Shown piece after piece: positions 26,517 to 43,532 of a DNA stretch of 64,000 nucleotides (positions are counted from its first letter, which is position 1; each line of letters opens with the position of its first letter). A program made the translations under genes and the position numbers. Under the pieces are notes generated by a model. That model saw only the letters and a list, made by a program, of their open reading frames with translations, made no database searches and was not told the DNA's origin. This stretch comes from Octopus vulgaris. Taxonomy: Eukaryota. The stretch is from positions 13,268,001 through 13,332,000 of the forward strand of contig OX597822.1 of NCBI GenBank assembly GCA_951406725.2. The letters run 5' to 3'.

Positions 26517-28327
26517 TTACTGTTTTGTTCAACGTGTTAAAGACTTTGCCAGTTTGCCGTCTTTGAAAAATAATGCTATTATTCTGGCGCTCGGCGCTTC
26601 AATCTCAAATCCTGCCGACGTCGACATTTATCTTTCGGTTACATAAATTACCTGTCAGATATATTGTACTGGGGAGCGAAACTTGTCAGTAATTCGCTTC
26701 TTTTTCCCTTTTTTGAACTCAAATCTGTCGAGCCGTGGAAATGGTCATAGGGAAGCAATCATCGATTCTTTCACAGAAATGAGTTAAACTTGAGTGAGTG
26801 GTTGATAAATTCTTGTAGAAATACTATTATGCTATAGGAACCGTATCCATTGACGGATTGATATGCAGGCCATAACGAGAATGAGTCCATCATGTTTGAT
26901 GATTTAGATCCCAGCACTATTTTTTTCTTGTTGACACCGCTATATTGAATAGTATCATGTGAAAGTGTCGAAATCGTGATGACATTTAGATTATAACTGA
27001 TGAAGGGTTGAGCATTTCCTTCTTACTCGATGCATTAACTGCTAAATTGTTCTATTCATATTTGTTGGCTTTGCCTGGAGTCTTAAGAGTTAAAATAATA
27101 TATATAGTATTTAAATGTTCTTCATATTTGAATTAGTTTGGAAATTATAATTTTTTCGAAAAGTCCCAAATAAAAAGTCGCCCCCTGAAATAAAGTATAT
27201 TTATTCTTTTCTATCCAACTGCAATAATAAACATTTTATTTTATTTATTTATTTATTTTTGATATAGTCGTATCAAATGCGAATGTATATGATATATCAA
27301 TGAATGATTTAGTTAAAAATGCAAAACAGAGAAAAAAAGGTTTTCAAAACAGTCAATATTTTTGTAGTTCAAAAATTGCGATTTGTGACATAAAATGTCC
27401 TCTAGAATTAGCCAGAGTTAATGAGAAACTTGAATTACTAAATATTTTTAAACATACGTCTGCAAATGCAATGTCCATAAGCAATTCACTTTAAATACCA
27501 CGAACACCCGGTACTGAGACTGTTTTTAGAAGATCTCCAAATGAGGCTCATGGCAAGCAATGGGTTAAGAGTGTCTTTTTCTGTATTTCTGTATGCTCCT
27601 TTGTCGTAACTCTATACCGTGAGTTCTATCAAGATAGAAAGAATATGGATAACATGCCGAAGTTTCTATTGAAAATATTAGAAGAAACACCATTATTTCT
27701 ATCTCAATAATTGTTCCCATGGAAAATGTATTTTTTGATAGAGAGTACGTCAATATGCATGTTCCCTAATATAGCTCTCTGCTACATATAAGTAACGAAC
27801 GCATTTTGCTGTCTATATATCATATATATATGATGTTCTCTCTAGTTCTCTATAGTTTCCTTATTCGATATATAAACCTCTAATGCATTCATCTTTATTT
27901 CCAATCGGGCAGCTTCCCAGGAAACACATATTCTTTCGACTAGACGCACGTATATTTTCCATATCTTTTTTTTCCTATGAAGAGCAGAATGGGCAAGTAG
28001 ATTCATAAAGAGAAACCTGAATGAATTAGTTAAATGACCAGCTTTATTCTCCTTAGAATATATCTAATAATATCTGTATAATATTCACTTAATGCCTCTT
28101 AATGCCATTAAGTGTAAAAATAAGCTTGTTTTTCAGGTTTTTTTTTCTTCTAAGGGTTTTAAAGCTACCGTGCGTTTGAAGCAGTCAATATAAGAACATA
28201 TATCTGTATGTCTGTATGTTAGTTTGTGCCAATGTGCATGTATGCAGGAATATATGTGTGTGTGCGCTCGCGTGTGTGTGTGAGTGAGTGAATGTGAATG
28301 TACATATATATATATATATATATATAT

Positions 28328-28386
<59 letters not shown>

Positions 28387-29130
28387 TATATTCCGATATA
28401 CGTATGTATGTTTGTATATCTATACAGAAAATGCATATATGAACGTATAAGTGTATTTGTATGTTTTATATATATATATATATACATCAGTTTTTTATAT
28501 ATATGTTTGTGTTAATGTATGTATATTATATGCTGTAAATCAATCGATCTTCATAGATATTCTCTTTGCTCTCCATTTTGCCTTCTTCTCCTTCTGTGTA
28601 CAGAATAAGCACCAACGAAGACATATACTGGCAGGAACTTGTTTTACTAAATCTCGGAGGATGGACTGCTTAGTTCATTCTCACAAAACGGAATTCACCT
28701 TGGAAATGTGTATGTGTGTGTGTTTGTATGTATGTACCCCCGCGCGCGCGGATGTGTGTAGTTAAAATGTATTGGAAAACAAAAGTCGAAGACAGGTGTA
28801 GGAGCAACAAACAAGTGTGTTAAGTTGACGCTCGGGAAAAATGGGAAAGTCTTTTACGTTTCGTGCCAACACCCTTTGACAGAAAGGAATAAGAGAAAAT
28901 AAACAAAGAGAGAATGAAAAAAACGTTTTGAATTCCGTGGATCAACATTGTTGTTGCTATTGTTGTGTTTGTCCCCCTATTACTCGTCATCCATGATTGA
29001 GTAAATATATGAAAAAGCAGTACTCCAGCCAGGACCAAATAGTGTTTTCAGCTGTCTCTGCAGATGGACCATATCAAACGTGTTCCTATGGTACTCGTGG
29101 CAACAATGAATGATCTAAAGAAATTTTTGT

Positions 29131-29491
29131 TGGAGTGGCGGTATTCCTTCCCAACCACATGGTTCTGGGTTCCGTCCCACTGCTTGGCACTTTGGCCAAG
29201 TGTCTTCTGCTCAAGGCTCTCCTGGACCAAACCCTTGTCAGTGGCTTTGGTAGACAGAAATTTAAAGCAGCCTGTCATATATATATATATGTTTGTGTGT
29301 GTGCATGTGTGCGTGTGTGTGTGTGTGCGTGTGTATGTTGTGTGTGTATGAGTGAGTTTGTGTGTGTGTGTGAGTGAGTTTGTGTGTGTGTTTGTGTGTG
29401 TTTGTAACATATTTCAAAGTCTAGAAGACAAAGCTTTGCTTATGCCTAAACACTGCTTGGTGCGAATATTCCGTTATGTGTGTGTGCGTGC

Positions 29492-29564
<73 letters not shown>

Positions 29565-29778
29565 AATGTTTGTGTGTCTTTATGTTTGTGTTTGTCCCCC
29601 TATTACCGCTTGAAAACCGGTGTTGGTGTGTCTCCGTCCTCACAACATAGCGGTTCGGCAAAAGTGACCGATAGGATTAGTACTAAGCTTGAGAAATAAG
29701 CCTTAGGATCGATTTGTTCAATCTATGCCTCAGCATGGCTACAGTCAGATGACTGATACAAATAAGAGCATAAAAGAA
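29131..29778 (+). mobile_element. SINE group A, expanded middle
   Basis: ggagtggc head, gcactttggccaagtgtctt, tagcggttcggcaaaagtgaccgatag, cagcatggctacagtcagatgactg tail. Confidence 0.8.
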
Positions 29779-29869
29779 TTTTTCACATCGAACGTCATAA
29801 TATCGCTTTGTAAGAAGATATTAACGACAACGAAAATAGGAAACGAATATATATATACATATATATATA

Positions 29870-30666
29870 CTAGCTGAAGGTGACCCGCTCTACGCGCGGG
29901 TAAGGGTGTGGTTGTTGCTTTCTGTTGCTTTCATTCTGTTTTTTATCACCACATTCTCCCTCTTTGTTTCTCTCTCCTTTCTCTCTCACTTTCCCACTCA
30001 CTTTCCCACTCTCTTACTCTTCCTTTCTCTCGGACTCTCCCTCGCTTTCTCTTACTCTCTTTCTTTCTCTATCTATCTCTTTCCCATTTATAAACAACAA
30101 AAATCTTGAGAAAGTAAAATATTTTGAAAGATCAATCATAAATATCAGGCAGTGACAACGGAAAGGTCTGCTTCAAGGCAGACAGCAAAACACTAACATT
30201 TAAAAGGGACAGACGAACTTGCGAGCTGAATAAAAATTTTTAAAATATTGGAAACCAAAGTTTGAAGGGATAGAATCTGAGGATAGTAGAGTCACCATGG
30301 CTGGCATTTCTTAAAGACGGACAGCAACGTAATGGCAGTTTAACGGCTGGCGTAAAATTTTGAACTCCATGTAGAAGAAAATACCTAAACACCAAGTTTT
30401 GAAGTGATTCTTTCTCACGACAGTAGACTCACCCGCTCCTTTAAATTTTAATCCCCCTCCAGCCCCATTTAGACCCCTTTTCACATTTTGGTTAATATAA
30501 CCCGATTTCATTCAGGTCTACTCGGGCCACATTTTATAAAATGAGGAATTTTGTCCCAGAGGTCACGCCTTTCATTTGAGGAAAAAAAATAGTTGCCATG
30601 CAAACTCGCCAGCACTTTTAAAGTAGGTGTGCATATTTTCAACTCAACCGACCACATAATGCACAC

Positions 30667-30675
<9 letters not shown>
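29870..30675 (-). mobile_element. Non-autonomous Helitron-like element
   Basis: Minus 3' end acccgc gcgtaga gcgggt hairpin then CTAG|T; the 5' end is lost in (TA)n, so the right boundary is approximate. Confidence 0.6.
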
Positions 30676-30714
<39 letters not shown>

Positions 30715-31482
30715 TTTTATTTTTTTTTTTTATCTAGTTTCAGCTCACGAGCTGTGGCCATGCTGGGGCACCGCCAAATATATATATATATTTATTTTAT
30801 AGAAGGAGCTTCTCCAGGACTAGAACTGTTTCATTCAGATGAAATCTTCAGGAAGCTGGCTGTCAAAAAAAAAAAAATCAATATATATATATATATATAT
30901 ATGCATTATATATATGTGTGTGTGTGTGTACGCATTATATATGCAAATGTATACAAATTATATATATATATATATCACACACCCACACACACACATATAA
31001 ATTAACCCAATAAATATCTGATTCATAATATTTGTTCTCATGATTGTGTGGTGGTGGTGGTTGTGGCGATAATAAAACTCTCTATGAATACAGACAGACA
31101 TACAGAGAGAGGGAGAAAGAGAGGGAGGCGGTAGGGGAAAGAGGGACAGTGCTGGCGAAGGCAGCGGGGGGGGGGAAGATAGTAGTATCTGTCAAACGTC
31201 GTTATAGAGAGAAAGTGATGGGAAGGAAGGAAACAGAGAGAGACGGAAGAAGACATGCAGATAAGAGAAAGGGAAAAGACTTGTCAAAGTGTGTGTTTTT
31301 TGCCCTAGTAACCATACCTTTTAAGATAGGGATTTCTAACCTAGCCCACTTGCATCCCCACCTCATTTTACATGTCCCTGTAAATTTTGGAGTCAATTCG
31401 ACGGGATCTAATGGCCTTTAACCCGTTCCAATGCCAAAACCAGACAAACTTTTCGCATTTCAGATTTATAGCTATTGATATA

Positions 31483-31526
<44 letters not shown>

Positions 31527-31607
31527 TGTCTGTCTGTGTGTGTGTGTGCGTGTGTGTGTGTATATGTGTATGTGTGTGTATGTTTGTGTGTGTGTGTGTT
31601 TATATTT

Positions 31608-31805
31608 ACTTTTGCTTCTTTCAGTCACTTGACTGCGGTCATGCTGGGGCACCGCCTTTAGTTGAACAAATTGACCTCAGGACTTATTCTTTGTAGGCCT
31701 AGTATTTATCCTATCGGTCTCTCTTACCGAACCGCCAAGTGAACAGGGACGTAGACACACCAAATTCAGGTGAGGGGACACACACAGACACAAATTACAA
31801 ATACA

Positions 31806-31846
<41 letters not shown>

Positions 31847-31940
31847 TGGGCTTCTTTCAGTTTCCATCTACCACATCCACTCACAAGGCTTTGGTCGGCT
31901 CGAGGTTATAGCAGAAGACACTTGACCAAGGCGCCACGCA
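31608..31940 (-). mobile_element. SINE group A
   Basis: ttcagtcacttgactgcggtcatgctggggcaccgcc...ccactcacaaggctttggtcgg...agaagacacttgaccaagg. Confidence 0.85.
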
Positions 31941-31963
31941 TGTGATTGGTGAGCCTAGCCTCA

Positions 31964-32007
<44 letters not shown>

Positions 32008-32009
32008 TA

Positions 32010-32752
<743 letters not shown>

Positions 32753-32790
32753 GTATATATATATTATGTATATATATATATGTATATATG

Positions 32791-32893
<103 letters not shown>

Positions 32894-33786
32894 TTCCGAA
32901 TGTGTATTTTAAATTCTCTTGATCTTTAATGGAGATACGCCACAGGATTCCTCAAAGACTTGCTCTTGACATACAAACAACTGAATGATGAAATAAATGT
33001 ATGCATCGAGTACTGTGTTAATGCGTTGATAATACTGCAATCCTCCTGACACCATAGGCTTTCTTTTGTCCTAGGCCAACCAAGGAACCCCCAAAATCGC
33101 GAGTTCTCCTACTCACCAAGAAACCAGTGTTGCGCTATCCTATCTGGTTTTCATCCTACAGGTGCGTGGTGAGTTTAGGACGCTTCGTTTGTGCCGTTCT
33201 CGCTAAACTCACTCAGCTTCTGAAGAATTCTCTGCGGTTTCGGGATGCATCCCCCACTCAGCCCTGATTCTCCTTTCCATGTTGAAGTTGAAAACTTTGA
33301 TATGTCCATAATAATAAATAGATTTTCATCAGTCTCTAACCAGAGCCTAAACGACAATAACATCGACCACTTTCTCATATAAATATAATCAAAACATTGT
33401 TTTTTCTCTGTTCCAAATTTTTATTCCAACATACATTTAACTAAACTTTCTTCTATTCTTTCGTTTCCCCGCTTTCTTTTTGTCCCATTTATTCTTCCTT
33501 TCCATTATCTTCTATATTTCCTCGTATTTTATTGTTTCAATATTTATTTTTACTGGTATTTATTGTTTCTTAACCACAATTCCTTCCTGTTATTCTTCTG
33601 ATGTTTTCCGGTTCGTTTCATTTAGAAAATGCTTTTTATTTCATCTTACTGTATATTATTTTCATTGTTTCTATCCACCTGCCAGTCTATCTACCTATCT
33701 CTCCCTCCCTTCTTTTATCTCCCTCTCTTCCTCTACGTGTGTGCGCGTATATATATATATATATACTTATACATATATATATATGC

Positions 33787-33840
<54 letters not shown>

Positions 33841-33866
33841 GTATAAGGTATATATATTTATATATA

Positions 33867-33957
<91 letters not shown>

Positions 33958-34299
33958 ATGTATATGTATACACACATATATACATTCAAACATACTTGTG
34001 TATGTACGTTTTGAAGAGTTATATTATCAATGTCTACAAACACACTCACAGATTGTTTGTATTTTTCCTTCCTTCCTTTTTTTTTCTTTTCTTTGTTCCT
34101 TCTAAAAGTTTTTCGTCGTATCCCCTCTGTGGTTTTTTCAACGGGTATACATTTTCCAGATGATGAATTAGATTTTCTGACTGAATTTTTTTTTACCTTT
34201 TTTTCCTTCCTTCTATGATAACCGTGTAAGCTGACGACAATTGTCATTTGTTAGTTTCTTTTATCTTATTGAGCCTACTTGTGTATGCATGGTGATTTC

Positions 34300-35220
34300 T
34301 GTGTTTGGATTTAGCCTCATTGAATGTGGGTAGGTCCAAAACATGTTTCCTGTATTTGCAAAGACTTCATAATAAGTCTTAACTTTAGTATTTTAGGTAA
34401 TAACACACAACTTTTACTTCAGCATTTTTAACGAACCATTGTCTTTATGTGACGCATGTAGCTTCTTTCCATCTTATTCACTCCCCTGACTGCAATACTT
34501 TATCTTAAACTGCGAGAAGTTTCTCCTATAAATGTTGTGGATGTATCCCTAAATCGCTTTTCCATGCGTCTATTTTCATAGTTTTGCAGTTTATCTCTGG
34601 ATTGGTTGAGTATACTCTACTGTTGTCAGTGCAGAATATTTTCTGAAATGGATGTCTTATATAATAGCGACTTAAAGGATCAGCTTGTTCTGTAAGTTTT
34701 ATCACAACTACATTTATTTTTATGTCTATTTCTATGGATCTTTTCTAATTTTACTCGCTTGTTCAACTTTGCGTGCAGCATCGATGAAAATTGCTGTCTG
34801 CTTCTTTATATTTTTGGAGTACCAGAAATTTTTCCTGTTCAGCTTTTTACATTTTCTTTCCGATTTGTTCCAGAAATTGCTCTGGTACATGAGGTCAATT
34901 CATTTGTATCATTTTTTTATATAGTTTCATACTTTTTTCCGGCTCCTCTGTATACCTTAATTTGGTCTAGTTGGTTGTATCCGAAGAGCTGCATGCGCTG
35001 GATAACATCCAGTACGTGTCTCGTGATGAAGCCTCGTGATGAACGCGCACAAGATTCATTACTCACCACTCTTGTTAGATATTCCACTAAAATGCTTATT
35101 TCTGCATTTATCGAGATAGTAAAATTCTGGAGTACCTGGTGTTAGGTGGCTATAAGTTTCACATCATGCGTGTAGACTATTTATAATTTTTAGCTATACT
35201 TCCATATCTAAAATAGGTAG
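34300..35220 (-). pseudogene. Decayed Penelope-like RT thumb and GIY-YIG endonuclease
   Basis: Manual translation: LPILDMEV (LPFLDV-like), FGYN, FIGETSRSLR (YIGETSR-like), KLRLIMKSLQI, PTFN. Confidence 0.55.
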
Positions 35221-36262
35221 AATTTTGTTGGGTATTTGATGACAAATCTTTCTCTTTCCCTCTCTCTCTCACGTCGACACAAAAACACATTCACACACAC
35301 ACACGTGTTCTTTTGCTGTCAACAATTGATGAAGAATAAAATAACATACAAATAAATAAAGATGCCATTAGTTTACTCTCATGCACTTGAGCAATACACA
35401 CAAAATCTGACTCAATGTGAAGCCGTTGTCAATGTCACTGGGGTCACGTGATGAAAGGTTTCCGGGAGAAAAGACAATAGAAAGAATGTTGAGAAACATA
35501 CTCTAGTGACTTTGTTTATAGGTTTTAATGATATGATTTCCAAAATATAACAATATTGGTGTCAGCAGACGCTTTCAGTTGGAAACTGTTTACATCACAA
35601 ATTCATAAACAAAATATACACAGACACCCGAAAAGCAAAGAGACACCCTCATTTTATTTCTTTTATTTCTCCTTTCATTTCGGATTTATTTCTCTTTTTT
35701 CGTTGGATATTTGTTGGCCGAAGAAGAGGTTTCTTTCCAGCTGCTCTGCCATAGTAACCAAGTAGATGAAGATAATTCTAAGAAGTATACCGGCTCATTC
35801 GGAACTGCTCTTCAGCGTCAGTGGTTTTACAACGGGGAATATCTTCAACCATCCGCTTGACAGCCCCAAAAAACCTATCAGAGGGTCATGGTCGACCTTA
35901 GTGGGATGTTGATTCCTTCCCTTCGCTAGTTAATTATACAATCACCCTAATGAATGTGGTAACATACATCCGCGAGACTTGTGTAATTCTATCCTGGCTA
36001 ATCTACCCTTACATTGATCCATAATACACGCCTTTGAAAATCAGACAAATCAGTTGCTCTTGGTGACCGCGGCATGGCTATTGGCTGGAAACAATTAATA
36101 TACTGTTCGATGGTAGTGTCCGCAGAAATAAAACAGCAAGATATGTCTACATACTTTTCAGATGTCTAAATACAAAGATAGGTAGATAAATAGATAGAGA
36201 AATAGAAAGATGGACAGACAGACACACAGACACAGACACACAGACAGACAGATAGATAGATG

Positions 36263-36361
<99 letters not shown>

Positions 36362-36759
36362 GGAAAGAAAGAAAGGAAGAAAGAAAGAAAAAAGAAAGAA
36401 AGAAAGAAAGAAAGAAGGACAGAAACAAACATGACATAGCCTACACATGCATTTGCCCCTAGGGATTACCAGTGTGTCACTGTCTATCTTGTTCACCAGG
36501 TACTTGTAGCAATCTCTTCTTCGTAGATTGCAAACGCATAGCCTTCAAAGCATGATGATGTAGTGGTCTTGTGTCCAAGAGAGGCTGCGCTTCGTGTCAG
36601 CTCAACTATATTATTGAAACTTCCAGGCAACATACCCATGCATGAGCTTTTTTTTTGTATGTTGAGTGTTTTCCATTCAGGTCTTCCCTGAGGTAAGGGA
36701 GCACGTGTATGCTTACAAATATCTGCAGCTGCATGGCTGAAACGATTAAAAGAATAAAG

Positions 36760-36854
<95 letters not shown>

Positions 36855-36894
36855 GAGAGAGAGAGATACATATGTATGTACATATATGTGCATA

Positions 36895-37030
<136 letters not shown>

Positions 37031-37765
37031 AGTATGTATGTATAATCATGAGGAAGAGAGAGATTGTTTTCAACATCCTTCCTTCTGTCTTTTCCTTCCT
37101 TCCTGTCAGACTTTGTTAGTTTTCTTCATTTCTTTCTCATTGTCTTACCTCAGTCTATCTATCTCACACACAGACACTCTTTCCCTTACTCGCTCTCACT
37201 TTATCTCATTTTCTCTCACTTTCACTCGCTCTCTCCTCTCTCTCTCCTTCTCTCTCTCTCTCACTTTCTCTCGCTCTTTTCCAACTTTTCTCCTCCTTAA
37301 AACCTTTTGTCTTTCTTTTCCCGAAAGTCGTTCTTTTGTAAACTCATTTGATGTCATTTAATTGTATATTCGCAATCATTTATAATCACCTTCCTTCCTT
37401 CCTTCCTTGATACTGGTATTTATGTTATCTCCCTCTCCTCCTCTCTCTCCCTTTCCCTCTCTCTCTCTCTCTCTATCTCTCTCTTTCACTCTCTCTCTCT
37501 CTCTCTCTCTCTCAACATCTATCCATCTATGTAGCTAACTCCCGTTCTATTCCTTCTTCACTCATCCAAACAATCTTTTGGCCTCTCGTTTCTTTCTTGC
37601 GAATATTCATTCTTTTATGAACACAGTACATTTCATGATATAACTTAAAGCATTTCTGTGCGTGTGAGTATACGTGCGAGCGTGTGTGCGTGTGTGTAAG
37701 TGTGCGCACGTGTGAGTATGTGCGTATGTGTGTGTATATATATATATATATATATACACAGATAG

Positions 37766-37847
<82 letters not shown>

Positions 37848-38620
37848 GTATATATACATATATACATGCAATCATACACATATACATATATATGTACGGG
37901 TATATATGTGTGTATGTGTGTGTTTGTGCGTGTGTAAGTGTATACACATACACATATATATTGATTGATTGATTTCATTTTATTTTCATAAATTCCTTTC
38001 CAATTATTCTTCTCTTTCACATTTCTCTCATTTTTTATCCTCAAATCATAAAAGCAAAAACAACACACCCATTTGTCGAATCCCCCAACTACCACCCTCT
38101 CCCTTACCACTTACTTTTCTTTCATTCACTATTTTTCTCTTCCAGTTTTTATCCCTACAGCATACCCTGTCGCTTCCACCACCACAACTCTCCCTCCCAC
38201 CTACACGCCTACCTTACTTTCAATCTTTCATCCTATTCCGCCATTTTTGCCTTCGAATTTGTCAGTGTTTCTTTTATTTTCTTATTTCCGGGTGGTGGTG
38301 GGAGGAATTTATTTTTATTTTTTGAATTATTTCCTTCAACTTTCCTTTCAGTTTCTCTCTGGTGAATTCATTTTAATTTCGTCATCTATGTATCTTTCAG
38401 CTCTTTTTTGGGGGGAATTTTTGTTTATACTTTTCGCCATTTTTTTTACTAAAATGCCTTTTCTTTTATTCCTTTTCTCTTTCATTCTTTCTTTCTCTCT
38501 CCAAGATATTAAATCCTAACCAAAAACCAATCAGAAACCAATTGATTTATATTTAATGAACACGCGTAGCTTCTTCCTTCTGTTTTTTATGACAGTTATT
38601 ATACATATACGTATGTATGC

Positions 38621-38668
<48 letters not shown>

Positions 38669-39002
38669 ATATGTATATTCGTAACTATGGGTTCGAACAT
38701 ATGCATATGTGTGTGTCTGTACCTCTATGAGGGCATGCCTCAGTGTACATGTGCATATGTGCGTGTGTGTATGTGTGTGTGCGTATTCTTGTGTGCATTC
38801 TTCATTTTCTGGGTGTTTTTGGTCCATTATTATCGCTTACTCTTCTAAAACTCTATCGATTTCAAGAAGCAATAAGCCACGCTGTTGTTTCTTGGACATT
38901 GATCGGTACCAAAAAGTTAAATCACCGCCAGGAGATCGACAATAACCACAACACAAGCAACACTAACCAATGAAGGAGTCTTCAAGTGGCCGCACGTCTG
39001 GG

Positions 39003-39048
<46 letters not shown>

Positions 39049-39061
39049 TATATATATATAT

Positions 39062-39108
<47 letters not shown>

Positions 39109-39771
39109 TATATATATATATACACACATATATATATAGCATAAAAGTTTCACAAATCTTTACATAGCGTCTTTAATATAGGTAAGATACATTAAATAAT
39201 GGAAACCTGGATATATTATGCTATATATTATGACCTAATATTATGTGAGGCTAGAGATCATTTAAAAGCAGAACAGTATTTGTACCAGCACACACTGTCG
39301 TCACTACCAAGACCACAAACTGCAACAGCAAAACGACGGAAGAGAACAACAACCAGGCGCCATGTTTAGCATTGTCATTTTGTCCTACAAATACTCGCCA
39401 TTATTACTAGCAACAGTAGTAACTGCAATGACGGCTGCAACAGCACTGAGAGCAGCACCAGTCGTCAAGGCAACCGTTTTAGACAGTCAAATAAATGTTT
39501 AATAATATCTATTTGATCTTAGACGATATTCCGATGTACAGGAACTTTAACTGGTTATTTTACATTTTGATTTGGATTATTTTGTTGTTTTTATTACGGG
39601 AAGCATTGTTGCGACAACAACAACAACAGTGACGTGTACAACGGCAACGATTACATTAATAACATCAGCAGCAGCGATACCAATTGTAATAACAACAGAC
39701 AACTGCTAAAAATAAGAAAAAATAACAAGTTATATCTGCAACACTGACGACAGCAACAGCACTAACGGCGG

Positions 39772-40412
<641 letters not shown>

Positions 40413-40414
40413 AA

Positions 40415-40627
40415 ATCCTTTCTACTGGAGGCACAAGGCATTAAATTTGTGGGTGGTGGTACTGCTCGATGACATCAACACCAATACTTGACTGGTACTT
40501 TATTTATCGACCCCGAAATGATGAAACACAAAGCTGACCTCGGAGGAATATGAACTCAGGACGTAAAAAGCCGGACGAAGTGCTGGTAAGCATTTTGTCC
40601 CGTGTGCTAACGATTCTGCCTGCTCAC
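40415..40627 (-). mobile_element. SINE group B
   Basis: cctttctactggaggcacaaggc...ttatcgaccccgaaatgatgaa...gaactcag...gctaacgattctgcc. Confidence 0.85.
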
Positions 40628-40675
40628 TGAGACTTGGAGCCAACTTGTACAAATATAAAGCAAAAGTCAAACATA

Positions 40676-40793
<118 letters not shown>

Positions 40794-40888
40794 CATTATA
40801 ATCATATTAATAATAATCATAATAACAACAACAATAACATTAACAACAACAACAACAACAACAATAATAATAATAATAATGATAATAA

Positions 40889-41410
40889 CTTTGCCAGAAA
40901 TATGGACTTGACAGAGCAACAAATTGGTTAGACTACAAACCCGAAGGCATCATCGAAAATGATAACGCAAAGATCCTATGGGATTTTATGATTCAATGCC
41001 ATCATGAGATAGAGAATAGGAAGCCAGACATAGTCTTAATTGAGAAAGAAAACAAACTATGCTGGATCATAGATATAGCTTGCCCAGCTGACAGCAAGGT
41101 ATGTGATAAGAAAGAAAGAAAAATCGAGAGATATAACAGGTTAGCTTGGGAGGTTAAGCAGCTGTGGTCGCTCAAAACGGTGGTAGTAGTACCAATAATT
41201 GTCGAAGTCCTGGGAGCAGTGAGTGAAAATCTCTAGAAGTACATGGAACAAATAGGGGCTGCAATAAGGGTGGAGCGGCAGTAGAAAACAGCACTGCTTG
41301 GAACAGTTCCAGCACTCCGGATGGTGCTCGAGAATTAAGGGGTGTTACCTTAATTCACTGAACAGCTGACATCGTAGTACATCTCCATCGTCAGAAGCTG
41401 TGCAAAGACA
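40889..41410 (+). mobile_element. R4/Dong-clade non-LTR retrotransposon 3' fragment (RLE domain), inserted in (TAA)n
   Basis: KPEGIIENDNAKILWDFMIQCHHEIENRKPDIVLIEK...IIDIACP...KIERY...VVVVPIIVEVLGAV...KTALLGT: PD-(D/E)xK restriction-like endonuclease with internal stops. Confidence 0.9.
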
Positions 41411-41449
41411 ATAAAATAAGAAGACAAAGAAGAAGGAGAATAGTGATTT

Positions 41450-41635
41450 CGAATTTAGGCACAAGGCCAGAAATTTGGGGGGGAGGAGCCAAGTGGATTA
41501 CATCGACCATATTTTAGCGATCCCGAAAGGATGAAAGGCAAAGTCGACATTGACGGAATTTGAAATCAGAACGTAAAGACAAAACACCGCTAAGCATTTC
41601 GCTAGGCGTGCTAACGTTTCTGCAAGCTCACCACG
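41450..41635 (-). mobile_element. SINE group B
   Basis: ggcacaaggccagaaattt...cccgaaaggatgaaaggcaaagtcgac...gctaagcatttcg. Confidence 0.85.
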
Positions 41636-41637
41636 TT

Positions 41638-41669
<32 letters not shown>

Positions 41670-41866
41670 TAATAATAATGATAATAATAATAATAACAGC
41701 AACAACAACAATAATAATAATTATAATAATGATAAGGACAACAACAACAGTGTTACCATAACACGACTAATAATCACAATACTAATGAAAAATAACGATA
41801 CTAATTGCTATGGCAATAATTACAATAATAGGAACGTGAATAACAACATTAACAATTGCAACAAGT

Positions 41867-42170
41867 GTACTGGCTCTCTGTCGGTTTCGACGACAAGCGT
41901 TGTAGCTGATCCGAGCCTGCTCGTGAAACTTGCGTGTAAGTGGTTGAGTACTCCAAACACACGAGTACCCTGTTATAGTTTTAAGAGAGAATCAGTGTGA
42001 CATGGCTGTCCTCTTTGAAATACAGATGTAATTCATTTTTGCCGACTGAGTGACATAGAGGACGTGTAATAAAGTGTTTTGCTCGATCTCACTATGCGCC
42101 ACCGGGAATCGAACTCAAGACATTATGATAGTGAGCCGAAAACCCTAATCACTAAGCCACGTGCCTTCAC
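41867..42170 (-). mobile_element. tRNA-derived SINE sharing its tail with the 61932 SINE but with a different head
   Basis: Minus head gtgaaggcacgtggcttagtg...gagttcgattccc; tail ttcacgagcaggct...gtcgtcgaaaccgac. Confidence 0.75.
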
Positions 42171-43159
42171 AGTAATATGTACAGTATTTACCAAAATAAT
42201 AACATGGAAAATACGGCAATTATAACAACTATAGAAGTAATCAAAGGCAACTTTGGCGATCGCAATAACAGTAATAACAATAACAAGAACAATAGAAATT
42301 CTAAGAATTATGGTTTTAACCAATGCCACAATATTAGCAACAACAGCAAGAATTATAGTCTTAACCAAATTAGATACATCAAAAATCAACTTCATACTTT
42401 AACAGAAATAAAATTTTAAAAACCGTTTCTGTGAGTAAAAGAAATTTTATTAAGAATAATTAATTAATTTTTAATATTCTCATTGTTTGTCTCGTTTACT
42501 TACTGTTTTTTTAAATAATATTTCACATAATTTTATCTTATTATATTATATTTTCATTTTTTATTTTCATTTTTGCATTTTGCTTTTCCGGCTTTTTTTT
42601 GCCTATTTATAAACATTTTGCCATGTTTTGCTTCTACTTTTTTATTCGTTTCTTTATTAAATTTATTTTTTATGTTTTACTGTTTTCATTTATTCTTTCT
42701 TCTGTCTTTCATTGCGCTTCTTTTTATTTATTGCCTTTCCTTCATTTATTTTCTTCACTCATCTTTTTACTTCTTGTCGTCTTTTATTAAATTTTATCGA
42801 TCCTAGTTTTTTTTCTTTCCTATCATAAGCACAAGGACACACATTTTGATGAGCACGTGAACAGCTTGTCTTTTTATTTTCTTTATTTCATTTCTGTCTT
42901 TATCTTCTTTTTTAAATTCCCTTCACTTCTAAGATATTCTATAGAAAGTCTTTGAATGGCATGATTCTTTTAATGAGTACATGGACACCAAAAGTCGATG
43001 TAGACTTGGACGGCATCCAGATCTGAACTCAAACATAAAACAGGATAACTAACTACAGTAAAGGCGCTGACACCGTCGTTCCACAAGTTCTGCCTACCCA
43101 CCCTCATTCTTGTAATAAATGTTAGTTTCAAATTTTGACACAAAGACAGAAATCATATC

Positions 43160-43231
<72 letters not shown>

Positions 43232-43240
43232 CCAGCGTAC

Positions 43241-43275
<35 letters not shown>

Positions 43276-43506
43276 CTAATTTTGATTTCTATACCAGAAA
43301 TTAAATCACAGAGATGAAGGAAAACATTCATTTGTGCAGCCCCAAGAATTTCATTTCTATATTATCATCTTAATTCTTAATGAACTTGCATTGATATTTG
43401 CCACTTAGTTGGGAAGAGAAAACCAAAGTGGTAATTGACACCTTCACTTGTTTGAAATACATTTCGGTCACCTGAACGAAGGCAGACTTGAGAAAATTAT
43501 GCTATA

Positions 43507-43532
43507 CTAATGAGGTTTAATAAGACCGAAAC
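43507..43532 (+). ncRNA. Degenerate HHR core
   Basis: CTAATGA GGTTT aata AGACC GAAAC (G5 mutated; stems I and III unclear). Confidence 0.35.
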
